Below are positions 28,621-37,877 of a stretch of DNA of 64,000 bases, piece after piece. The stretch lies in IMG/VR virus record IMGVR_UViG_3300032294_001352, positions 23,877-87,876 of that record; one strand, given 5' to 3'. A program made the translations under genes and the position numbers. This DNA is from a virus. The notes beneath the pieces are model-generated. The model searched no databases, had not been told where the DNA came from, and worked only from the letters and a program-made list of their open reading frames with translations. Within the stretch, counting starts at the first letter, position 1. Each line of letters starts with the position of its first letter.

Positions 28621-28782
28621 GCTCAGGTTTCGTTTGGGAAGTTTGACAGGGAGCGCAATCCTAGGATGTTATCGCCGATCCGGCCAATCGGATAGTGGAA
28701 TCCCGACGGGGATAGAGTGAGAAATCATCCGCTCACCAAATTGCGCCCACATACGCAGGTTCAATTCCTGCCCTGAGCACCA
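28621..28782 (+). ncRNA. Second tRNA-like RNA (162 nt) with acceptor stem, T arm and a large branched insert
   Basis: GCTCAGG/CCTGAGC-A-CCA; T arm GCAGG-TTCAATT-CCTGC; helix GCGCAAT/ATTGCGC. Confidence 0.7.
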
Positions 28783-28818
28783 CTACTACTATTACTCGCT
28801 GACCAGTAAGGAGCGCCC

Positions 28819-29133
28819 ATGAACAAGCACAAGTCACTGAATGAGATGATGGCTGAGAAAAACATCAAGATGGTCGTGAATAATTTCATGGTTGGTGATT
28901 TATCCGTGCGCGTGGTGGCCAACAACATGGGCCATGACTTTGAGCGGATGGCGAACAACCAGTGCAACATGGCCATCTACATCATCCGTGAGCGTGATTG
29001 GGATGAGGAGCAAATCATCATGCTTGGTGGTGAGTCACTGGTGATGGATATTGAAGACCATGACCAAGTGCTGGTCCATGCAAAACTGTTGCTTAGCCGT
29101 CTGATGTTGTCGCTGCTTGATGCAATACAGTAG
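28819..29133 (+). CDS. Hypothetical protein
   Basis: TAAGGAG RBS; 104 aa. Confidence 0.65.
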   Translation: MNKHKSLNEMMAEKNIKMVVNNFMVGDLSVRVVANNMGHDFERMANNQCNMAIYIIRERDWDEEQIIMLGGESLVMDIEDHDQVLVHAKLLLSRLMLSLLDAIQ

Positions 29134-29142
29134 GAGGCGCGT

Positions 29143-29331
29143 ATGAAGATTGTTTCGTGCTCATGCCCACAGTGTCGCGCGTTGATGCGTTCAAAGCATG
29201 AAAGCCGTGCATTGACCAAAGTCACGCGCGCTGCTCGCCGAAACGCAAAGCAGGCCGTTGATCGCATGACACGCACACGCAACTGGGATATGGACATCCC
29301 GACCAAAATCAGCATCCCACCTATTGGCTAA
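29143..29331 (+). CDS. Small basic protein with CxCxxC
   Basis: GGAGG RBS; 62 aa. Confidence 0.6.
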   Translation: MKIVSCSCPQCRALMRSKHESRALTKVTRAARRNAKQAVDRMTRTRNWDMDIPTKISIPPIG

Positions 29332-29350
29332 TCAATCAGCCTGATCGACC

Positions 29351-29378
29351 ATCCCTCACATGATACGTGGGGGATTTT
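29351..29378 (+). terminator. Probable intrinsic terminator
   Basis: ATCCCTCAC...GTGGGGAT hairpin followed by TTT. Confidence 0.5.
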
Positions 29379-29419
29379 GGCGTGTAATCAAATTGTCATC
29401 TTATTTTCAATAAAAACAC

Positions 29420-29476
29420 TTGCAAATTATATAGTTTTCTGCTAGAATGATTTTAGGTTGAATTGCAAGTAAGGAG
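29420..29476 (+). promoter_or_regulatory. Repeated phage promoter with leader and RBS
   Basis: TTGCAA-17 nt containing TATATAGTTT-TAGAAT...AGGTTGAA...TAAGGAG. Confidence 0.75.
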
Positions 29477-29483
29477 AACGCTT

Positions 29484-29768
29484 ATGACCATGACTGTTAC
29501 ACCAGCCCAAATCGCTCGCCAAGCCTTCGTGGCTGCCCAGGTGGCCATCATCCGCGCTAGCGAGCATCCTCAGGCATCACGATGGGTGAATGCTGTTATC
29601 CGCGCCGGTGAGGCCTTTGCGACGCGCGCTGGTCGCAAGGAGATGGCTGAGCGTTGCGCCACGTACAAGACCACGGTGGCCTCATGTGAGTGTGAGGCGA
29701 GTTCCCATGGCAATCCATGTAAGCACCGTGCGTTCGTTCGCTTGGTCCAGAAGTGGGAGGAAGAATAA
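29484..29768 (+). CDS. SWIM zinc-finger protein
   Basis: CECEASSHGNPCKH (CxC...CxH). Confidence 0.7.
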   Translation: MTMTVTPAQIARQAFVAAQVAIIRASEHPQASRWVNAVIRAGEAFATRAGRKEMAERCATYKTTVASCECEASSHGNPCKHRAFVRLVQKWEEE

Positions 29769-29996
29769 ATGAACTTTGATGTCATGGACTTTTCGATGCG
29801 TGAGATGTGGAGCAAACTGACGATGGATGAGCGTCGTCAGTTGCTCCAAGAGCATAAGATGTGGCCTGGTTTCGTAGAACAAGCACCACGGCCAAGCAAC
29901 CAAGATTGCTCGGCTGAGTTCACCAGTGCTGTGGCGTTGCGTGTCAGTCAGAAGCGGAAAGCAGCAGAAGCCAAAGGAAAAATCAATGCCAAATGA
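29769..29996 (+). CDS. Hypothetical protein
   Basis: Coupled to the upstream stop (TAAATG). Confidence 0.55.
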   Translation: MNFDVMDFSMREMWSKLTMDERRQLLQEHKMWPGFVEQAPRPSNQDCSAEFTSAVALRVSQKRKAAEAKGKINAK

Positions 29997-30231
29997 GCAA
30001 CCACCACTACGCACACCCACGACCACGGATTTTGCGCTAGTCAACTTCGCTCGAAACTTAATCGCAGACATGGTAGTGCCTCTCAGCCATGAGGGGCTTC
30101 TACTTGAATCTGTGGTCCGTCTGGTGGCCAAAGAAGAGGGATTGGATGACAATCACACGGCCTTTCTGATAGCCCTAGCACTAGGGAATGTCACTGAGGA
30201 TAATTGGGAATCAACCTACATACCGTTTTAG
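29986..30231 (+). CDS. Hypothetical protein
   Basis: AAAGGA RBS; overlaps the upstream stop. Confidence 0.5.
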   Translation: MPNEQPPLRTPTTTDFALVNFARNLIADMVVPLSHEGLLLESVVRLVAKEEGLDDNHTAFLIALALGNVTEDNWESTYIPF

Positions 30232-30242
30232 GAGGATCACGG

Positions 30243-30455
30243 ATGCAACACTGGGGATGGATAGGAAATTACACCATTGTACGCACTGGCAGCCACGCAG
30301 GCGCAATGGTCAACGGTTCTGTGACGTTTGATCCACAGATGTGTATGTGGAAGTGGCTAGTGATGGCAGATAATGTCAAAGTGCGTGAGGGAATGACGGT
30401 GACTGCGCGGATGGCCGTGCAACAGGTTGATACGTATTTTGAGGAGGAAGTGTAA
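30243..30455 (+). CDS. Hypothetical protein
   Basis: AGGAGG RBS. Confidence 0.55.
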   Translation: MQHWGWIGNYTIVRTGSHAGAMVNGSVTFDPQMCMWKWLVMADNVKVREGMTVTARMAVQQVDTYFEEEV

Positions 30456-30652
30456 TGACCACGATGAAAGACAAGACTAAAGGCGGCAACAAGAAGTTGA
30501 AGACCATTCAGATGACACCAGACTTTGAGCGGAATCTGGCGATCCTGCGTAAGTTTGGCCACACGACGGATGCTAAGGCCATCCGTGACGCTGTGAAGAC
30601 GTTGGCTATGGAGCGCACTGGGGAGTTGACGATTACCAAGCGACAGGGATAG
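30455..30652 (+). CDS. Small DNA-binding protein (RHH-like)
   Basis: KTIQMT...LAILRKFG..TDAKAIRDAV pattern. Confidence 0.5.
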   Translation: MTTMKDKTKGGNKKLKTIQMTPDFERNLAILRKFGHTTDAKAIRDAVKTLAMERTGELTITKRQG

Positions 30653-30655
30653 ACC

Positions 30656-30982
30656 ATGAGCGTGTTGAAAGATGAGTGCGGCAAAGATGTAGCCATTGTG
30701 GATCGGAATGAACACGGTGGCTACATTGTACGCTTCCAAGTGCATGGCCTTTGGTTTGACATCTCATCGGTGTGCAACCAGCACAATGATTTGATGTATC
30801 AACGCTGCATAGAAAAAGCCATGCTCCAACTAGAATGGTATGCAGGATGTGATGACGTGCTGAACCGACGTGCGGCACTGCAGATCAAGTCAATCACCAC
30901 TGGACCAGTACCACCAATGATGAGCAGCACCGTGATGAGCGTGCTGAGCATGTGGCGAGATTTTCAGCGATCAGGTAGGTGA
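30656..30982 (+). CDS. Hypothetical protein
   Basis: 108-aa ORF in the operon. Confidence 0.5.
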   Translation: MSVLKDECGKDVAIVDRNEHGGYIVRFQVHGLWFDISSVCNQHNDLMYQRCIEKAMLQLEWYAGCDDVLNRRAALQIKSITTGPVPPMMSSTVMSVLSMWRDFQRSGR

Positions 30983-31076
30983 TTTGCAAAAAATGCAATT
31001 CATTTGCGATTATCGCAATTCATTTGCAAAAAGTGCAAAGAAACATTTGCATTTTATATATTGTATGTGCTATACT
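30983..31076 (+). promoter_or_regulatory. TTGCAAA-rich region with palindrome TTGCGATTATCGCAA and promoter for the replication operon
   Basis: Palindrome at 31004-31018; TTGCAT-18 nt-TATACT. Confidence 0.6.
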
Positions 31077-31126
31077 ACGAACGTGGTCATGCACCACTAG
31101 TCAACTAATCAGTTAAGGAGAAAGCC

Positions 31127-31858
31127 ATGAGTTTCGAGATGTTGCGTGAACCGTTCCACCCTGACCAGTTGGAGTTCAAGGTGGAAGTCAAGAGCAAAGA
31201 CGGCCAGAAAGGCCAAGCCAGCACCTACGTTGATCCTCGGCGCTATCAGGAGCGTCTGGATGATGCGTTTGGTCCGGAGAACTGGGATGTGGAATATCGT
31301 CCACTTGGGGCTAACGTGAGTGGTTCAGTCACTGAGGATGGCGAGAAACGCAGTGCATCAGGCGCGGTTATCGCACGTCTGACCATCCGCTACAACGGCC
31401 AAACCGTGGTCCGTGAGGAAGTGGGAGAGTTTGGTGGTGAGGGAAAGTCACAGTATCCAACGGCTACAGCCCAAGCGTTTAAGCGTGCGTGTGCTGCCTT
31501 TGGCCTTGGTCGCTACTTGTACTTCCTGCCAAAGATGTGGGGAGCAATCAACCAGTATCGCCAGTTTGAGGAAGCCGAGATTGAGCGCTTCAAGAAGATG
31601 TGCCCAGCACCGGCCAAAAGCCCACAGAACAAGCCACAAGCCACGGAAAAGGCACAACCTGCACGCACCTACCCACAAGGCCAGGAAAGCGTACAGCAGG
31701 CCAAAGCAGTGGCACGCTTGGGGCAGTTGCTCCAACAGGCTGATGACATGGGAGCGCATTTCTCATACGTGCCAGAAAACTGGCGCACGCTCGGCTACCA
31801 AGAGTTGGTCCAACTTGGTCAGCGGATTGGGAAAGATCTTGCAGACATGAAAGAGTAG
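31127..31858 (+). CDS. Sak/Rad52-family single-strand annealing protein
   Basis: LREPF...YVDPRRYQERLDDAFGPENW...AFKRACAAFGLGRYLY. Confidence 0.9.
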   Translation: MSFEMLREPFHPDQLEFKVEVKSKDGQKGQASTYVDPRRYQERLDDAFGPENWDVEYRPLGANVSGSVTEDGEKRSASGAVIARLTIRYNGQTVVREEVGEFGGEGKSQYPTATAQAFKRACAAFGLGRYLYFLPKMWGAINQYRQFEEAEIERFKKMCPAPAKSPQNKPQATEKAQPARTYPQGQESVQQAKAVARLGQLLQQADDMGAHFSYVPENWRTLGYQELVQLGQRIGKDLADMKE

Positions 31859-31861
31859 ACC

Positions 31862-32563
31862 ATGATTCCAAGTCAGTTATACGCAGATATACCTGACTTG
31901 ACGGATACGGAGTTGCGCATCATCCTCGTGGTGATTGGCCACCAAGGCATCATGACGATGGGTGATGTGCAACAACGTACAGGGAGAAATCGACAGGTGT
32001 ATGACGCAGTGAAGTCATTAGAGCAAAAGGGATGGTTAATGCGGCACAAAGTGGCATCGCTTGGTCCAGTGGCGTGGCGTTGGGAAATCCTCCGCTACAC
32101 CGTTGCACCGATCACCCCACCAGTGCCAGAACCACCTGCACTGACTGAACCACCAGTCATCACGCAGGCAGCAGAAGATGCGGCAGTGAGTGTGAGTACC
32201 GTGGAATCCACTCCGGTGAATCCACCAAAACCATCCAAGGCCAAAGCCAAAGCACCAAAGCCGGTGACAGCACAACACCACCCAGCCGTGGTGGCATACA
32301 TGGAAATCACCCGTCGTCGACCGACACATGCGGCAGCAGAGTTAATTGCAGCGCACGTTGCTGATGTGGATCGTTGGCGTGAGGCCGTTAAGTCGTACAT
32401 TGTGCGTGGATGGAATCCCATGAATGTCAACGGAATGATCCAAGTCTACAATGGTGATTTGGTTGTGAAGCGCGGGCGGCATAGCACAATCATTCCCCAC
32501 CAATCACCAGACGTGGCAAAGGCAGCATGGGATGAGTATCTGAGCAAGGGGGAAGATGAATGA
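31862..32563 (+). CDS. Replication initiator (N-terminal wHTH, Pro-rich linker)
   Basis: LTDTELRII...VYDAVKSLEQKGWL; directly upstream of the DnaC-like gene. Confidence 0.7.
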   Translation: MIPSQLYADIPDLTDTELRIILVVIGHQGIMTMGDVQQRTGRNRQVYDAVKSLEQKGWLMRHKVASLGPVAWRWEILRYTVAPITPPVPEPPALTEPPVITQAAEDAAVSVSTVESTPVNPPKPSKAKAKAPKPVTAQHHPAVVAYMEITRRRPTHAAAELIAAHVADVDRWREAVKSYIVRGWNPMNVNGMIQVYNGDLVVKRGRHSTIIPHQSPDVAKAAWDEYLSKGEDE

Positions 32564-33279
32564 CAATGGTTGACGTGCAATGCTGTGATGGGAGCGGATG
32601 GTACAAAAAGGAAGTTCCGTTTGGCCATCCTGACTGGGGAAAGTTGTTTCGGTGTGAGTGCGGCAAGGCTGGCGATCCGGAAGCGCGGATGAATGCGTTG
32701 CATGATGCACTCAAATCCTATGGCGAGTGTCGGTTTGACAACTGGTTTACCGATCGACCACTAGAACCAAACACATGGGGTGGCGTGACGTACAAGACGG
32801 AAGATCAGTACAAGGCCTTACGGATTGCTACCAAGCGCGCCAAAGCCTATGCTGACGATCCTGAGGGAATGCTCTTTATCTTTGGCAGTTTCGGTGCTGG
32901 TAAGACGCACTTGGCTGCAGCCATAGGCTACGCATGTGCAGAGCGGAATCTGCGTGTGCAGTATCACAACATCACTAATCTCGTAAGCAAACTGCGGCAA
33001 GCAGCAGGTGACTTTGATGTGGAGTCAATCATGCAACCACTGTTGACTGCTGACGTGCTGATCTTGGATGACATCGGTGCTGAGGAATCAATGTCAGCCT
33101 TTATCCAGTCACAAATCTATCGCTTGATTGATGAGCGATTGCATTTGGCCACCGTTATCACGTCAAATCTGGATGTGCAGTCACTCACGGACAAGATCGG
33201 TGGGCGCACGCAATCTCGATTACAAATGGCCCAGACCATCTGGTTGCCAGTATCTGATTACCGGAAGCAGAAGAAGTAG
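32560..33279 (+). CDS. DnaC/IstB-like AAA+ helicase loader
   Basis: Walker A GSFGAGKT, Walker B LILDDIG, VITSN; N-terminal zinc motif. Confidence 0.9.
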   Translation: MTMVDVQCCDGSGWYKKEVPFGHPDWGKLFRCECGKAGDPEARMNALHDALKSYGECRFDNWFTDRPLEPNTWGGVTYKTEDQYKALRIATKRAKAYADDPEGMLFIFGSFGAGKTHLAAAIGYACAERNLRVQYHNITNLVSKLRQAAGDFDVESIMQPLLTADVLILDDIGAEESMSAFIQSQIYRLIDERLHLATVITSNLDVQSLTDKIGGRTQSRLQMAQTIWLPVSDYRKQKK

Positions 33280-33280
33280 C

Positions 33281-34465
33281 ATGGACATTCAACGCAAAGC
33301 CAAAATTGCGGCACAACAGACGTTGTTTGATGTGCAACCAAACTGGAAAGACTTCTGGTGGGATATGCCTGCCTTTGAGCAGCAGGATGCAAGAGCAACC
33401 AAGACCATCAGTGTTCACTTCCTGACCATGGATGACTTCTATGAGTTTTGTGCGGCACTTGATGTGAAGTTGACTCCGAAGTCACTCTCACTCTGGTACC
33501 CACCACAGCAACGGATGAATGGTGAGTATCTGTACACTGGACCACAGGTAGATGCACGCTATCCGGTGTGCATTCCATCCAAGGGGCGCTGGGATAACCA
33601 CAAGACTGCGGCAGCACTTGATCGGATGGGTGTGTCATACCGGTTCTTTGTAGAAGACACAGAGGCTGATGCGTACATCAACGCACTTGGGGCTGAGCGT
33701 GTGGTGGTCATGCCATTCCATGATCTTGGCCAAGGCAGCATTCCGGCCAGAAACTTTATCTGGGAATGGGCAGTCACGCATGGATATAGGCGGCATTGGG
33801 TGATGGATGACAACATCGTCAACTTCAAGCGGATCACTAACAATCGACGAGTGAGAGTTCGCACTGGCATGTTTTTCCGTGCCATTGAGGATTTCGTGGA
33901 TCGCTATGACAACATTGCGTTGGCTGGTCCGCACCATGACGGTTTCGTCAAAGATCGCTATCCTCACAAGCCACCAGTCATCTTTAATCGCCGCATCTAC
34001 TCATGCATCCTGATAGACTCCACACTTCCATACCGGTGGCGTGGAAAGTACAACGAGGATACCGATTTGAGTCTGCGTGTGCTAAAAGATGGCTACTGCA
34101 CAGCCTTGTTTGCTGCGCTCACCATGCACAAGCCCACGACTGCTGGCGGCAAGGGGAAACCGATGAAAGGGGGAAACACCGATACCGTTTATAACACGAC
34201 TGATTACCGATTGGCCTTTGCTCAGTCACTGAAAGAGCAACACCCTGACGTGGTGGAAGTGACGTGGAAGTTTAATCGCTGGCACCACCATGTGGATTAC
34301 ACACCGTTCAAGAACAACCAGCCTATACTCAGAGCGGACATCACGCCAAAGCCTGGCACCAATGAGTATGAGATGCGTTTAGTCCGTGCGGCAAGTGGTG
34401 ACATTGACGTGGATCTTGATGACGATATTGATACTGACATGATAGAAGATGAGGATGACGTATGA
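33281..34465 (+). CDS. TAGT/GREB1-like DNA glycosyltransferase (GT-A fold)
   Basis: YPVCIPSKGR, ARNFIWE, HWVMDDNI, RIYSCILI, WRGKYNEDTDLSL, KGGNT motifs; start taken at ATG 33281. Confidence 0.8.
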   Translation: MDIQRKAKIAAQQTLFDVQPNWKDFWWDMPAFEQQDARATKTISVHFLTMDDFYEFCAALDVKLTPKSLSLWYPPQQRMNGEYLYTGPQVDARYPVCIPSKGRWDNHKTAAALDRMGVSYRFFVEDTEADAYINALGAERVVVMPFHDLGQGSIPARNFIWEWAVTHGYRRHWVMDDNIVNFKRITNNRRVRVRTGMFFRAIEDFVDRYDNIALAGPHHDGFVKDRYPHKPPVIFNRRIYSCILIDSTLPYRWRGKYNEDTDLSLRVLKDGYCTALFAALTMHKPTTAGGKGKPMKGGNTDTVYNTTDYRLAFAQSLKEQHPDVVEVTWKFNRWHHHVDYTPFKNNQPILRADITPKPGTNEYEMRLVRAASGDIDVDLDDDIDTDMIEDEDDV

Positions 34466-35562
34466 AGTTCGTAGTACACCGTGACAATCTCCGTAAGGCC
34501 ATCTCTATGGTTGGTCATGCCATTCCGAGTAAGACATCACTTCCGGTGTTGGCCAACATCTTGGTTCAGTCTGATGGTGACACGCGCCTCCGTGTTGCGG
34601 CAACGAACTTGGAGTTGGGGATTACCTGCTGGATTCCGGCCACCATCACGGAGCGTGGTCAAATCACCGTACCTGGCAAGTTAGGTGGTGACTTGGTCAA
34701 CAACCTGCCCAGTGAACCTATCCATGTGAATGTGGATGCTACCAGTATCCGAATGCAATGCGGCAAGTTTGACAACACCATCATGGGATTGTCAGCAGAA
34801 GATTTCCCCACGCTGCCCAAAATCACGCATCCATCCATCACGCTCCCACGCGCGTTTGTGGATGCGATTGATCATGTCATTGTGGCTGCAGCCACGGATG
34901 ACTCTCGACCAGTGCTCACGGCCGTGCGTATCGTGGTGAATGAGCACTCCGTGGAACTGGTCTGTGCTGACGGATTCCGTTTGGCACGCACCACGTTCAC
35001 ACTGAGCGAACCTGCGGCACCTACGGAGATTCTTGTACCTGCACGCACCATGGCTGAAGTGCTGCGGATTATGGGCAATGCTGAGTCTATCACCATGGCC
35101 ATTAGCCCCAACAACAACCAAGTGGCGTTCATCTCTGAGGATGTGGAGATAGTCAGCCGTGTCATTGAGGGAAAGTATCCTGACGTGGCGCGTGTCATTC
35201 CCACGGAGTTCCAGTCACAGTTCGTCTTTGAGATTGATGAACTGCGTCGTGCTTCTAAAGTTGCGGCATTGATGAATCCTGCGTCTGGTGTCAAGTTGAT
35301 GATCACGCCAATGCACATTGCACTCATTAGCAGTGGCCAGAGCATCGGTACTGGTCAAGCATTGATTGGTGGAGTCCACGAAGGTGCGCCACATGACATC
35401 AACCTGAACGTCAAGTACTTGCAGGATGCGTTGAATGCAGTGCAGAGCGCAGGCGGCACCCAAGCAGTGTTGCGGACCACGAGTAGCACTGCCCCAGCCA
35501 TTCTTCAAGCCGTAGGCAATACCAACTACGTTCACGTTGTAATGCCGATGATGGTCCGATAA
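34462..35562 (+). CDS. dnaN: DNA polymerase III beta sliding clamp
   Basis: LPVLANIL, ATNLE, DFPTLP, DDSRPVLT, ADGFRL, SRVIEGKYPD, VVMPM. Confidence 0.95.
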   Translation: MKFVVHRDNLRKAISMVGHAIPSKTSLPVLANILVQSDGDTRLRVAATNLELGITCWIPATITERGQITVPGKLGGDLVNNLPSEPIHVNVDATSIRMQCGKFDNTIMGLSAEDFPTLPKITHPSITLPRAFVDAIDHVIVAAATDDSRPVLTAVRIVVNEHSVELVCADGFRLARTTFTLSEPAAPTEILVPARTMAEVLRIMGNAESITMAISPNNNQVAFISEDVEIVSRVIEGKYPDVARVIPTEFQSQFVFEIDELRRASKVAALMNPASGVKLMITPMHIALISSGQSIGTGQALIGGVHEGAPHDINLNVKYLQDALNAVQSAGGTQAVLRTTSSTAPAILQAVGNTNYVHVVMPMMVR

Positions 35563-35620
35563 TCAGTGAATGCATGGGTGGCTACGCTGCATGGTGTGGC
35601 CACCCACAGGAGCAATACAT

Positions 35621-36574
35621 ATGTCATGGCAAAACCGGATTGTTGGCTATGCTAACGTACCAACCAATGAGTTGCAGGCCAATCCACGCAACTGGCGCGT
35701 GCATAATAAGCGGCAAGAAGACACACTGGCTGATGTACTCGGCGAAGTCGGGATCGTACAGAACATTGTGGTCAATCAACGTACTGGCCTCGTGGTAGAC
35801 GGCCATCTCCGTTTGGCACTTGCGACCAAACAAGGCCAAGCGGAAGTACCAGTCACGTACATTGATGTGACTGAGGAAGAAGAAGCCATCATCATGGCCA
35901 CGTTTGATCCAGTTGGTTCACTTGCGGCAACGGATAAACAGTTGCTCCAAAACCTGCTTGATACCATGCCAGCACTGCCAACGTGGCAGGAGATGTTTGA
36001 CACCATCATTCCACCAGTGATTCCGATGGATCTTCCACCACTTGTGCCAATCACCTACGATAACGCTGCGGAGCGGCAACCAGTAGACAAGTCAAAGAAC
36101 CTGCTTGGTGATGCACTCAGTACCACGTACAAAGAACCAAAGGAAGCCAAACCGGCCAAGCAGCCGTGGGAATATGATTACGAGAAAGACGATCCTGATG
36201 ATGACGTGGATGATGAACCGTCACTTAGTGGCCAACCAGCCAAACTGAATCCCTCATACACGCCACGGATCGGCGAAGTGTGGATGATTGACACCTGCCA
36301 TCGAGTGTTTGTGACGGACAATGCGGCAAACGTGAAATGGATTGATCCTGACTGGCGACCAATCAAGCCAAACAAGTCACCTCACCGGATGATTGACTTG
36401 ATGCATCGGATGTACCTAGACACGCAGATAGATGCGATTGCGGAGTGGCGCGTGGTGTCATGCACCGATGCACAGAAGCGGCATACGTGGTATCAGGTGG
36501 CCTTACGACCAGACCAAGCAGCCATGCTCATTGCACTTGCGGATGACATGCGTATTTCATCGGAGATGATGTGA
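35621..36574 (+). CDS. ParB/Srx N-terminal domain protein with a degenerate C-terminal region
   Basis: LQANPRNWRVH...VVDGHLR; RIGEVWMIDTCHRV resembles the linker of ParB-MTase fusions but no MTase catalytic motifs follow. Confidence 0.75.
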   Translation: MSWQNRIVGYANVPTNELQANPRNWRVHNKRQEDTLADVLGEVGIVQNIVVNQRTGLVVDGHLRLALATKQGQAEVPVTYIDVTEEEEAIIMATFDPVGSLAATDKQLLQNLLDTMPALPTWQEMFDTIIPPVIPMDLPPLVPITYDNAAERQPVDKSKNLLGDALSTTYKEPKEAKPAKQPWEYDYEKDDPDDDVDDEPSLSGQPAKLNPSYTPRIGEVWMIDTCHRVFVTDNAANVKWIDPDWRPIKPNKSPHRMIDLMHRMYLDTQIDAIAEWRVVSCTDAQKRHTWYQVALRPDQAAMLIALADDMRISSEMM

Positions 36575-36852
36575 TGGAACTTAGACAAGTAGCAAAGCGC
36601 ACGGCCACGTTTTACGAGTATCTGTATCACTACAAGGGATATGATGTGATCGTGTGGAACGCCAAGATAGCAAATGCGGCACCGACAAACCAGAGCAGCA
36701 AAGATGACTGGTCATTTTCCGTAGTCAAGCATGAGCGTCTGCACATCTCGCTACCGAACAGTGGCTTCCGTACACGCAAAGAAGCGCTCAGTGCTATTCC
36801 GGCCTATGTGGAGCAAGTGATTGCGTTTTATGCGGCAATGAAAGTAAGATAA
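36571..36852 (+). CDS. Hypothetical protein
   Basis: Overlapping stop/start with the upstream gene. Confidence 0.55.
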   Translation: MMELRQVAKRTATFYEYLYHYKGYDVIVWNAKIANAAPTNQSSKDDWSFSVVKHERLHISLPNSGFRTRKEALSAIPAYVEQVIAFYAAMKVR

Positions 36853-36859
36853 GATGCAA

Positions 36860-36904
36860 CAAAAAATGGCGCACCCCTGCTGGTGGTACAGGAGTGCGCC
36901 TTTA
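36860..36904. terminator. Bidirectional terminator
   Basis: A7-TGGCGCAC...GTGCGCC-TTT between convergent genes. Confidence 0.7.
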
Positions 36905-36909
36905 GTGTA

Positions 36910-37263
36910 TCAAATATTTTGATCAGTTTCAAATTGAGTCATAACGTAGGCTTTGAAGCCAGCATTTACCAGTGCACGTTGGAACGTGTGCGCCCACACA
37001 CGCTTGGAGCGTATATGCGGCATTGGTGATGACTTCATTGCAACGGCCATCCACTTCCACGGAACAACTTCAGCCGGAGCAAAGAGCAGACCAGCATCCA
37101 CCGGTTCTGCACCCAACTTGATGGCCACAGACATGCAGCGCGGAGGAACGTCAGTCACTACTACGCAGTCACCACGCAGCCGTGGATCGTCACGTTCGTA
37201 TGCAGCAACGGTAGCCTGCTGATTGGCCATCACCAACAACTCTCGAAATACACTAGACTTCAT
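36910..37263 (-). CDS. Hypothetical protein
   Basis: 117 aa; GAGGGA RBS. Confidence 0.6.
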   Translation of the reverse strand: MKSSVFRELLVMANQQATVAAYERDDPRLRGDCVVVTDVPPRCMSVAIKLGAEPVDAGLLFAPAEVVPWKWMAVAMKSSPMPHIRSKRVWAHTFQRALVNAGFKAYVMTQFETDQNI

Positions 37264-37392
37264 ACGAATCCCTCTCTTTCACTTCAACCTACGTCTATCA
37301 TATCACCATTTGATATAGTGTGCAATACAATTTATTGACAAATACAACATGGTGTAGTACTATGCCAAAGAGTTTACTGAAAGGAGTACCGG

Positions 37393-37866
37393 ATGAATCT
37401 GATTCTGAGCACTATTCTACTGTATATCACCTGCCAAGGGAACATCTGTCACGTCATTGATGTCACACCAGAGGCTGCTGCGGTTGCGGCATGTGAGTCT
37501 GGTGATACGGTGACGTTAGGATCAGTCAAGTGGAATGCGATTGGCTACAATGGCACATGGTCCACGGATGGTGGTGCATGGCAGTTTAACTCATATTGGA
37601 TTTGGAATCCGAGCAACTTGTGGGCACTGAATCAGGTTGCACCACAGTTCGGTATGACTGGTGCGGAACTGGCAGAGTTGTATCCGAGTGCGGCAGTGGC
37701 ACCAGCACATGTTCAGTACACATTGTTTGAGATAATCTGGAATGACGGCTATGGCTGGCGCAACTGGTCCGCGTCACAGCCGTGCTGGTCGCAGTGGCTG
37801 ACGATCAATGAGCGTGACCAGGCCGTCTGGCGCACGGATGTTTTATTACCAAAAATTGCTCACTAA
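37393..37866 (+). CDS. Secreted Rpf-like lytic transglycosylase
   Basis: Hydrophobic N-terminus; VAACESG...GGAWQF...W...APAHVQ...GWRNW..SQPC; promoter TTGACA at 37335. Confidence 0.7.
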   Translation: MNLILSTILLYITCQGNICHVIDVTPEAAAVAACESGDTVTLGSVKWNAIGYNGTWSTDGGAWQFNSYWIWNPSNLWALNQVAPQFGMTGAELAELYPSAAVAPAHVQYTLFEIIWNDGYGWRNWSASQPCWSQWLTINERDQAVWRTDVLLPKIAH

Positions 37867-37877
37867 GGAGGAACACC

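Noticed and set aside
28255-28646. Short ORFs over the ncRNA region
   Set aside because: No convincing RBS or protein features; the RNA structural signals explain the sequence better.
28089-29346. 9-bp inverted repeat GATCAGGCT/AGCCTGATC flanking the ncRNA cluster
   Set aside because: Too short to distinguish from chance, and there is no recombinase or transposase nearby.
33128-33280. N-terminal extension of the glycosyltransferase given in the ORF track
   Set aside because: It overlaps the DnaC-like gene; ATG 33281 directly after that stop is the more plausible start.
35621-36574. Active ParB-adenine methyltransferase fusion
   Set aside because: No DPPY or FxGxG motifs are present; only the ParB-N domain and a linker-like remnant are supported.
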